From an uncultured Eubacteriales bacterium (GTDB lineage Bacteria > Bacillota > Clostridia > Oscillospirales > UBA644): a DNA stretch of 64,000 bases. Below, one piece after another: positions 56,695 through 64,000 of this stretch. Position 1 is the first letter of the stretch, and the number at the start of each line of letters is the position of its first letter. Below the pieces are notes generated by a model. That model was not told where the DNA came from. It did no database searches and saw only the letters and a program-made list of their open reading frames with translations. The position numbers and the translations under genes are program-made. The stretch covers positions 107,511 to 171,510 of the forward strand of contig CAKSBH010000003.1 in assembly GCA_934438175.1 (NCBI GenBank). The letters are read 5' to 3'.

Positions 56695-57870
56695 GTGAAA
56701 ATCACCGGAATTGCGGCGGAATACAACCCGTTTCATCTGGGGCATGCCTATCAACTGAAGCATCTGCGGGAAAGCGGCCGTGACGGCATCGTTGCCGTTA
56801 TGAGCGGCAACTTTGTACAACGCGGCGAATGCGCCCTGATGGACAAATTCTCCCGCGCCGAAGCGGCGGTTGCCTCCGGCGTCAATCTCGTAATCGCCCT
56901 TCCCGTCTCCTATTCGGTTGCCTCTGCAGAACGGTTTGCCGAGGGCTGTGTCGGAATTCTCGCCGCTCTGGGATGCGTGCAGAACATGTGCTTCGGCTCC
57001 GAATGCGGCGATGTCGGACTTCTGCAGAAAACAGCAGACACCTGTCTTTCGCTCACCTCCGAAGAATTGCGATCCGCCATGAACGGCGGAAAAAGCTTTA
57101 TGAAAGCGCGGGATGAATTGCTTCGGGCAAAAGGTCTTCCCGGCATCACACAGCCGAATGACATTCTGGCCGTGGAATATCTCAAAGCAATCCGAAAACA
57201 GAACGCCCCGCTGCGCGTTCATGTTCTGAAGCGGCAGGGAGCGTTTCACGAAACCGAAGAACACACCGGATTCCGCGGAGCGGAAAGCATCCGGAAGATT
57301 CTCCGGGAAAATCCGGATGCCGATCTGAACGAAATGGTTACGCCGGAGAGCATGCAATTGTACTGCCGTCAGAAAGAGCGGGGCGAGGCACCCGCCGATA
57401 TGCGACATCTGGAGCGCGCAATCCTCGCCTTTTACCGCATGGCAGATGCCGGGACACTTGCCGGGATTCAGGGGATGACCGAAGGGCTGGAAAACCGCAT
57501 CTGTGCCGAAGCACACCACGCTGTTTCTCTGGAAGATCTGGTTGCGCGCGTCAAAAGCAGACGTTATGCCATGAGTGCCGTACGCAGGGCTGTTCTGTGC
57601 GGATTTCTCGGTCTGCACACGCCGGAAGGAATGCCTCCGTATCTTCAGGTGCTTGCTTTTGACCGTACGGGCAGAGAAATTCTAAAGATTGCAAAAAAAA
57701 CATGTCCGCTTCCGCTGATTCACACGCTGAATCCGGTCCTAGCACGCAACGAAGCCGCCTCCGTATGGGTCCGGCAGGAATGTCGCGCCGCAGAACTGTT
57801 CGCGCTTGCCTTACCCCACGCCGGGCACGGCTACGGGGAATTCTTTCACCGTTCCTTCGGCGAGGTCTGA
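56695..57870 (+). CDS. tmcAL: tRNA(Met) cytidine acetate ligase (TmcAL, UPF0348 nucleotidyltransferase)
   Basis: GTG start 7 nt after GGGAGGG. ITGIAAEYNPFHLGHAYQL signature. Confidence 0.85.
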   Translation: MKITGIAAEYNPFHLGHAYQLKHLRESGRDGIVAVMSGNFVQRGECALMDKFSRAEAAVASGVNLVIALPVSYSVASAERFAEGCVGILAALGCVQNMCFGSECGDVGLLQKTADTCLSLTSEELRSAMNGGKSFMKARDELLRAKGLPGITQPNDILAVEYLKAIRKQNAPLRVHVLKRQGAFHETEEHTGFRGAESIRKILRENPDADLNEMVTPESMQLYCRQKERGEAPADMRHLERAILAFYRMADAGTLAGIQGMTEGLENRICAEAHHAVSLEDLVARVKSRRYAMSAVRRAVLCGFLGLHTPEGMPPYLQVLAFDRTGREILKIAKKTCPLPLIHTLNPVLARNEAASVWVRQECRAAELFALALPHAGHGYGEFFHRSFGEV

Positions 57871-57948
57871 AAAAAAAGAAACAAGGGGCTTTACTTTTTC
57901 CTCATTTTCGTGTATTATATAAGATAGAATACTATAGGAGGGATTCCT

Positions 57949-58650
57949 TTGACTTACAAACGCGTTCTTGTCAAACTGAGCGGCGAAGCGCTCGCGCAGC
58001 AGAGCGGCGCAGGCATTGACTTTAAACTGATGAAGACCATCTGCGAAAAACTCGGCAGGTGCCGCGACCTCGGCACGGAAATTGCCGTTGTCATCGGTGC
58101 CGGCAACTTCTGGAGAGGACGTCAGGGCGGACAGATGGACCGCACCCGCGCCGATCAGATGGGCATGCTTGCCACCATGATCAACAGCATCGCCATGAAG
58201 GATACGTTGGAAAATCTCGGAATTCCCGCAGCCCTGTTTTCCGCCTCCCCGATGCCGGCAGTCGCGCCGACATTTGTGAAGGAAGACGTTCTGCGTGCCA
58301 TGAAAAGCGGGAAAATCGCGGTTCTCGGCTGCGGAACCGGAAGCCCCTATTTCACAACGGACACAGCTGCGGCTCTGAAGGCGTGCGAAATCGAAGCCGA
58401 TGGCATTCTGATGGCAAAGCATGTAGACGGCGTTTACGATGACGATCCCGCCCACAATCCGGCGGCAAAAAAATACGACCGGCTGTCCTATGAAAAAATG
58501 CTGGCTGATCATCTGCTTGCCATTGACGCGACAGCTGCAGCTCTTTGCGAAGCCAACGACATGAACGTTCTGATCTTTGACCTCGGAAACGGCGACAACA
58601 TCATCCGGGCGGTATCCGGAGAAAACATCGGAACAGTTCTGCACAGATAA
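57949..58650 (+). CDS. pyrH: UMP kinase
   Basis: TTG start. YKRVLVKLSGEAL and GAGNFWRG motifs. Confidence 0.95.
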   Translation: MTYKRVLVKLSGEALAQQSGAGIDFKLMKTICEKLGRCRDLGTEIAVVIGAGNFWRGRQGGQMDRTRADQMGMLATMINSIAMKDTLENLGIPAALFSASPMPAVAPTFVKEDVLRAMKSGKIAVLGCGTGSPYFTTDTAAALKACEIEADGILMAKHVDGVYDDDPAHNPAAKKYDRLSYEKMLADHLLAIDATAAALCEANDMNVLIFDLGNGDNIIRAVSGENIGTVLHR

Positions 58651-58668
58651 AAAGGAGGATTTTGAAAC

Positions 58669-59223
58669 ATGAAACCCGAATACGTTGAGATTGACAACAA
58701 AATGAAAGCATCCGTAACCTCGCTTACCCGGAACTTCGCCTCGGTGCGCACCGGAAGAGCCAATGCGTCCGTGCTGGAAAAAATCCACATCGACTATTAC
58801 GGTGTGCCGACCCAGGTCACACAGATTGCCACAATCTCCTCACCGGAACCCCGCATGCTGGTCATCCAGCCCTATGACATGACCGTGCTGAAAAAGATCG
58901 AAAAAGAAATTCAGGCATCGGACATCGGCATCAATCCGCAGAACGACGGCAAAGTGCTTCGCCTTGTGTTCCCTCCGCTGACCGAAGAACGCCGCAAGGA
59001 AATCGTCAAGGGGCTTGGTGTAACCGCCGAAGAAACCAAAATTGCCATCCGATCCATCCGCCGGGATGCTCTGGAAAAATTCAAAGCGCAGAAAAAAAAG
59101 AGTGAGATCACCGAAGACGATCTGAGGAATGCGGAAAAAGACATTCAGGATTTGACGGATAAATACATCCGTGAGGTGGACGACTGCACCAAGAAAAAAG
59201 AAGCGGAAATTCTCTCTATCTGA
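58669..59223 (+). CDS. frr: ribosome recycling factor
   Basis: 184 aa. VRTGRANASVLE and PPLTEERRKE motifs. Confidence 0.96.
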   Translation: MKPEYVEIDNKMKASVTSLTRNFASVRTGRANASVLEKIHIDYYGVPTQVTQIATISSPEPRMLVIQPYDMTVLKKIEKEIQASDIGINPQNDGKVLRLVFPPLTEERRKEIVKGLGVTAEETKIAIRSIRRDALEKFKAQKKKSEITEDDLRNAEKDIQDLTDKYIREVDDCTKKKEAEILSI

Positions 59224-59238
59224 CAACCGATGCGTTGC

Positions 59239-59266
59239 AAAAGCGGGGCTTCCCCGCTTTTGTTTT
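59239..59266 (+). terminator. hairpin + T-tract between frr and uppS (partial terminator)
   Basis: AAAGCGGGG-CTT-CCCCGCTTTTGTTTT. Confidence 0.5.
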
Positions 59267-59285
59267 CACACGCAAAAGGAGTTTT

Positions 59286-60029
59286 ATGACCGAACGCATA
59301 CAACCGAAGCACATCGGCTTCATCATGGACGGAAACGGACGTTGGGCCACGAAACGGGGACTTCCCCGCAAATTCGGACACAAGGCAGGTGCCGACGCCT
59401 TGGAGAATCTTTGCGATTTTTTGTTTGAAGAACAGATTCCTTATGCCACTTTTTACGGGTTTTCCACCGAAAACTGGACCCGTCCACAGGAAGAAGTCCA
59501 GGCACTGATGGACATCATCACGCAATTTCTGGAAAAACTCATCCGCTGTTTTGAACACCCGAAACGCCCGTTTCACAGCAACACCAACATCCGGTTTCTC
59601 GGAGATTTGTCGGTTTTTTCCGAAAAGCAAAAAGACCTGATCCGGCGCATTACCGAGCGTTCCGCTTCCTTCACCGGAAAAATGACGCTCTGCATCGCCA
59701 TCAACTACGGAGGACGCGCGGAGATCGTACGTGCCGCAAATCGTTTTTTGCAAAAGAACCCGAATGAACCGCTGACGGAAATGGGAATTGCGGAAAATCT
59801 CGACACGGCAGGTCTGCCTGATCCGGATCTCATCATCCGCACGGCAGGCGAACGGCGGTTGTCCAATTTTCTGATCTGGCAGGCGGCATATGCGGAATAT
59901 TACGCCACCGATGCGTGCTGGCCGGACTTCGGCAGAGAAGAACTTCGCAAGGCACTGGATGCCTATGCGGGTCGTACCCGTAAATTCGGCGGAACGTCAA
60001 GCAAAGAAAGGAGCGGATCGGCTTTATGA
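59286..60029 (+). CDS. uppS: isoprenyl transferase (undecaprenyl-diphosphate synthase)
   Basis: Start moved to MTERIQPKHIGFIMDGNGRWA (SD AAAGGAG). RLSNFLIWQAAYAE. Confidence 0.94.
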   Translation: MTERIQPKHIGFIMDGNGRWATKRGLPRKFGHKAGADALENLCDFLFEEQIPYATFYGFSTENWTRPQEEVQALMDIITQFLEKLIRCFEHPKRPFHSNTNIRFLGDLSVFSEKQKDLIRRITERSASFTGKMTLCIAINYGGRAEIVRAANRFLQKNPNEPLTEMGIAENLDTAGLPDPDLIIRTAGERRLSNFLIWQAAYAEYYATDACWPDFGREELRKALDAYAGRTRKFGGTSSKERSGSAL

Positions 60030-60868
60030 AACAACGTTTTCTTTCCGGAGCGGTACTGACTGCCGTTCTGTTGCTCTTTGCGCTGTTTTCGGGCTATACG
60101 CCCGTTCCCAGAATCCTTGCCATTCTGCTTGCCGTTTCCTCACTGACAGAAATCCTGTATATGTCCGGATGGATCCGTTCTCTTCCCGTTTTGCTGACAG
60201 CCGCCGCTTCCGCGGTGGCAATTCCGCTTTTGCCTCCGGTTAACGAAACAGCAATTCCTCTCACAATTGCCGCCGTGATTCTGATCTTCGCGCTTGCAAT
60301 CTCCGCATGGGCAAGCAAATTCTCAATTTCTCAGACGGTCGCCGTTGCGCTGATCGGCCTTCTTGTCCCGCTGTTCTTCTCCGCACTTGTTGCTCTGCGT
60401 GAAAGGCCGGCGGGGCTTTGCTGGTTTTGTGCCGTGTTCGTAGCAGCATGGAGCTCCGACGTGGGCGGATATGTTTTTGGTCGGATATTCGGCAAATACA
60501 AACTGGCACCGAAAATCAGCCCGAACAAAACCGTAGAGGGACTGATCGGCTGTTACGTCACAGGTGCTGCCGGGCTTCTGATTGCGGGATTTGTTTCCCG
60601 CATGGCAGGCGGGTACGAAGTCAATCTGCTTTCGCTTGCCGTCTGCTCGCTTATCGGCACAACGGCCGGAGTCCTGGGAGATCTTTCCGCCTCCGCCGTC
60701 AAACGCCAGTTCGGCATAAAGGATTTCGGAAAACTGATTCCCGGACACGGCGGAATCATGGACCGGTTTGACAGCGTGCTGTTTGTCGCGCCCGTTTTCT
60801 GGCTTTATGCCGTTGTAACCGACCTGGTTGCCCAGTACGGATGGAATTGGACGGTGTTTATGTCATGA
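60026..60868 (+). CDS. cdsA: phosphatidate cytidylyltransferase
   Basis: Polytopic protein. C-terminal signature SAVKRQFGIKDFGKLIPGHGGIMDRFDS. Confidence 0.93.
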   Translation: MKQRFLSGAVLTAVLLLFALFSGYTPVPRILAILLAVSSLTEILYMSGWIRSLPVLLTAAASAVAIPLLPPVNETAIPLTIAAVILIFALAISAWASKFSISQTVAVALIGLLVPLFFSALVALRERPAGLCWFCAVFVAAWSSDVGGYVFGRIFGKYKLAPKISPNKTVEGLIGCYVTGAAGLLIAGFVSRMAGGYEVNLLSLAVCSLIGTTAGVLGDLSASAVKRQFGIKDFGKLIPGHGGIMDRFDSVLFVAPVFWLYAVVTDLVAQYGWNWTVFMS

Positions 60869-61998
60869 AATCTCTTTGTATTCTCGGGTCTACCGGCTCG
60901 ATCGGAACACAGACCCTTCAGGTCGCCGAGCATCTCGGCTTTTCGGTTTCCATTCTGGCAGCAAACAACAAGGACGCATTGATGGAGCAACAGATCCGCC
61001 GTTTTCACCCCCCCATCGCCGTTCTGACCGATCCGGAGGCGGCGGCACGCCTGCGAAACGCCGTGCGGGATACCGACACGACCGTATTTGCCGGAACCGA
61101 AGAACTGATGCGATGCATCCGCGAAGAGCCGTACGATGTTGCGGTCAACGGCATCTGCGGAATGGCGGGAACCCTTCCCACCGTGGAAGCAGTCCGTTCG
61201 GGGCACGACGTGGTTACGGCAAACAAGGAATCCATCGTTACGGGTTGGCAAATTCTTGCTCCGCTCATCCGCGAAAAAAACATTTCGTTTTTGTCCTGTG
61301 ACAGTGAACATTCCGCCATCCAGCAGTGCATTGCGGACGAACGCCGGCATCTGGACCGCATTCTTCTCACCGCATCGGGAGGACCGTTTTTCGGAAAGAC
61401 GGAAAACGAACTTCGCAACGTCACCGCCGAAGAGGCACTTCGGCACCCGAACTGGTCGATGGGGGGAAAGATTACCATAGACTGCGCCACGATGATGAAC
61501 AAGGGGCTGGAAATCATTGAAGCCGTTCATCTGTTCGATATTCCCGAAGACCGCATCGATGTTGTCATCCATCGGGAAAGCATCATCCACTCCATGGTCA
61601 GTATGACCGACGGCTCGGTTCGCGCGCAGATGTCCATGCCCGACATGCGTCTGCCCATTCAATACGCACTCACCTATCCGGACTGTTTCCCTTCCCAAAT
61701 CCCGCCGTTGGATCTTGCCGGATTACGGGCGTTGACCTTTTACGAGCCGCAGCCGTGGGCGCAACGTGCCATGGGGCTCGCCCGCCGCGCAGTCCGGGAA
61801 GGCGGAACCGCACCGACGGTTCTGAATACGGCAAACGAAATTGCCGTGGAAAAATTTTTCAAAGGTGCGCTGCGCTTCACGGAAATCGTCCCGTTCACCG
61901 AAGCGGCACTGAATGAAACCGAAATTCTACACCGTCCGTCCCTGGAAGATATCCTGAACACGGACAACGCCCTGCGACAGAAATATACGGAGGCATAA
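60865..61998 (+). CDS. dxr: 1-deoxy-D-xylulose 5-phosphate reductoisomerase
   Basis: Start moved to MKSLCILGSTGSIGTQTL (ATGA overlap with cdsA). NKG/MNKGLE motifs. Confidence 0.95.
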   Translation: MKSLCILGSTGSIGTQTLQVAEHLGFSVSILAANNKDALMEQQIRRFHPPIAVLTDPEAAARLRNAVRDTDTTVFAGTEELMRCIREEPYDVAVNGICGMAGTLPTVEAVRSGHDVVTANKESIVTGWQILAPLIREKNISFLSCDSEHSAIQQCIADERRHLDRILLTASGGPFFGKTENELRNVTAEEALRHPNWSMGGKITIDCATMMNKGLEIIEAVHLFDIPEDRIDVVIHRESIIHSMVSMTDGSVRAQMSMPDMRLPIQYALTYPDCFPSQIPPLDLAGLRALTFYEPQPWAQRAMGLARRAVREGGTAPTVLNTANEIAVEKFFKGALRFTEIVPFTEAALNETEILHRPSLEDILNTDNALRQKYTEA

Positions 61999-62000
61999 TT

Positions 62001-63149
62001 TTGGAACTCTTTCTCAAATTTCTTTACACGGTTCTCGTTCTCGGCTTTTTGATTCTCATGCATGAAGCCGGACATTTTACGACTGCCCGCATCTTCCGGG
62101 TGCGTATCAACGAATTTTCCATCGGCATGGGACCGAAACTTGTATCCTGGAAGGACGGAATTTTCTCATGGTTCTTCTCACGCCGGAAAAAACAGGACGA
62201 AGAAGAGGATGAGACCAAAGGAACAACACGCTATTCGCTCCGCCTGCTTCCCATCGGGGGCTATGTAAGCATGGACGGGGAAGACGGAACAAGCGAAAAC
62301 CCGGATGCGTTTGTCAACAAACCCGCCTGGCAGCGTCTGATCATCATCCTTGCCGGTGCCCTGATGAATCTTGTGGTTGCCTTTGTTCTTACGGCAATCG
62401 TCGTATCGCAAACGCACATTCTCTCCACCAGAATCGGCGGCTTCCAGAATTTTGCCACCTCTCCGGAATATGGGCTGAAACAGGAAGACATCATCGCCGA
62501 GATCAACGGCGTAAAAATCGGTTCCTACTACGATCTTTCCTATGCCTTTCAATCCGCGCTCGGTAAAACCGAGGTGACGGTCAAGGTCAACCGCGACGGA
62601 CAGGAGATAACGCTGGAAAATGTCCGGTTTCCCATGATCTATATGGCAACCGGGGAACTTGTTACCGAAGAAAGCGAAGAAAAACTGCGGCAAGAAGGAA
62701 AAACCGCCGAAAAAATGATGTATCTGGACTTCAAGGTATACGGTTCCACCCCGACTGTCGGACAGATTCTTCCGGAAACCATCAAGACCATGGGTGCCAA
62801 CATCAAAACCGTTTACCGTACCCTGTTTGATATGATCTCCGGGAAACTCCCTGTGGATTATGTCAGCGGACCGATCGGCATGGCAAATGTGATTTCCCAG
62901 GCGGCACAGGTCAGTTTTCTTTCCATTCTGAATCTGACCGCACTGATTTCCGTCAACCTTGCCGTAATGAATCTGCTTCCCCTGCCTGCCCTGGACGGAG
63001 GTCGTGGAGCATTCATTCTGTTTGAGCTGATTACAAGAAAAAAGGTACCCGCCCAGGTCGAAGGAACCATTCATGCCGTCGGAATGGTCATTCTGCTTGC
63101 CCTGATCGCTCTGATTGCGTTCAAGGACATCTTCTTCCCCATTTTTTAG
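62001..63149 (+). CDS. rseP: RIP metalloprotease RseP (M50, with PDZ)
   Basis: TTG start. HEAGH in TM1 and NLLPLPALDGG motif. Confidence 0.92.
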   Translation: MELFLKFLYTVLVLGFLILMHEAGHFTTARIFRVRINEFSIGMGPKLVSWKDGIFSWFFSRRKKQDEEEDETKGTTRYSLRLLPIGGYVSMDGEDGTSENPDAFVNKPAWQRLIIILAGALMNLVVAFVLTAIVVSQTHILSTRIGGFQNFATSPEYGLKQEDIIAEINGVKIGSYYDLSYAFQSALGKTEVTVKVNRDGQEITLENVRFPMIYMATGELVTEESEEKLRQEGKTAEKMMYLDFKVYGSTPTVGQILPETIKTMGANIKTVYRTLFDMISGKLPVDYVSGPIGMANVISQAAQVSFLSILNLTALISVNLAVMNLLPLPALDGGRGAFILFELITRKKVPAQVEGTIHAVGMVILLALIALIAFKDIFFPIF

Positions 63150-63157
63150 AGGTTGTT

Positions 63158-64000
63158 ATGACAAGAACCGTATTTATCGGAAACGTTGCCGTCGGCGGCG
63201 GCGCCCCGGTTTCCGTCCAGTCCATGTGCAACATTCCTTTTTCCCGTCCGGAAGAGCTGAAGCAGCAGGCATTGCGCCTGCAAAACGAGGGGTGTGAGAT
63301 TCTGCGTGTTTCCGTCCCTGACGCTCTGTCTGCCGAACGGTTCGCCGATCTGAAGCGCATACTCTCCATTCCCCTTGTGGCAGATATTCATTTTGATCAT
63401 CGGCTTGCCCTTGCAGCCATGCGTGCCGGGGCAGATAAGATCCGCATCAATCCGGGCAATTTTCCGCAGGAACATCTGAAGGAAGTGGTACAGGAAGCCC
63501 GACAAAGGCACATTCCCATCCGTGTGGGAGTCAACGCCGGATCCCTGGAAAAAGATCTTCTCCGAAAGTACGGTGCGCCCACGGCACAGGCACTTGCCGA
63601 AAGCGCGGCACGAAACGTACAACGGCTGGAGGAACTGGATTTTCACGACATTGTGGTTTCCGTCAAGACCTCCGATGTGCCTCAGACGGTAGAAGCATAC
63701 CGGCTGTACGACCGCCGGTACAACGAGCATCGCCATCCGCTTCACATCGGCGTGACGGAAGCGGGAACGCTTCGCACAGGGCTTCTCTGTTCTGCCGCCG
63801 GAATCGGAGCGCTGCTTCTGGACGGCATCGGTGACACCGTACGCGTTTCGCTTTCCGCCGATCCCACCGAGGAAGTCCGGGCGGCGAAAACGCTGTTGAG
63901 AGTGCTTGGCTTACGAAAAAGCGGACTTCGCGTGGTATCCTGCCCCACCTGCGGACGCACCACCGTCAACTCCATCGCGCTGGCAGAACGGCTGGAACAG
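63158..64000 (+). CDS. ispG: 4-hydroxy-3-methylbut-2-en-1-yl diphosphate synthase (IspG/GcpE), 3' end cut by window edge
   Basis: MTRTVFIGNVAVGGGAPVSVQSMCN...VSCPTCGRT. Open to nt 64000 (281 codons). Absent from the ORF track because no stop lies in the window. Confidence 0.93.
   Translation, partial: MTRTVFIGNVAVGGGAPVSVQSMCNIPFSRPEELKQQALRLQNEGCEILRVSVPDALSAERFADLKRILSIPLVADIHFDHRLALAAMRAGADKIRINPGNFPQEHLKEVVQEARQRHIPIRVGVNAGSLEKDLLRKYGAPTAQALAESAARNVQRLEELDFHDIVVSVKTSDVPQTVEAYRLYDRRYNEHRHPLHIGVTEAGTLRTGLLCSAAGIGALLLDGIGDTVRVSLSADPTEEVRAAKTLLRVLGLRKSGLRVVSCPTCGRTTVNSIALAERLEQ

Overview
64-kb chromosomal segment from a moderately GC-rich Firmicute. Gene content looks Clostridia/Oscillospiraceae-like: a SleB-type cortex hydrolase, a BspA-type LRR protein with a dockerin-like loop, CIRCE-groESL, yybS-gdpP-rplI-dnaB-tilS-hpt-ftsH, and pyrR-pyrP / pyrH-frr-uppS-cdsA-dxr-rseP-ispG. 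I call about 60 protein genes, most of them recognisable housekeeping genes. I also call a five-gene tRNA cluster (Val-Asp-Phe-Gly, then Cys) and many near-consensus sigma-A promoters and intrinsic terminators. I found no rRNA, CRISPR array, transposase, integrase, reverse transcriptase or obvious prophage. Many long ORFs in the supplied track are antisense shadows of real genes in GC-rich DNA and are not called. Several track start codons were moved to SD-supported starts. Three short ORFs below the track's size cut-off and the 3'-truncated ispG were added. The most interesting observation is a promoter + strong SD + 35-codon Met/Cys-rich leader ORF (7 Met, including AUG-AUG-AUG) + intrinsic terminator directly upstream of the metQNI methionine importer (48.2-48.5 kb, minus strand). 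It sits where an S-box or T-box would be expected, so it is a candidate methionine-sensing ribosome-mediated attenuator. Secondary leads are: a low-GC islet with two orphan small genes next to the tRNA cluster; a tRNA-Cys with a non-canonical T-loop; an orphan promoter/hairpin/terminator module (candidate sRNA pair); a sigma-70/ECF-like factor with a ~370-aa C-terminal extension; a LytTR-only regulator coupled to a LiaF-like membrane protein; and a TetR-HMA-micropeptide-MacB-type ABC cluster. All functional calls rest on motif recognition by eye; no database search was run.
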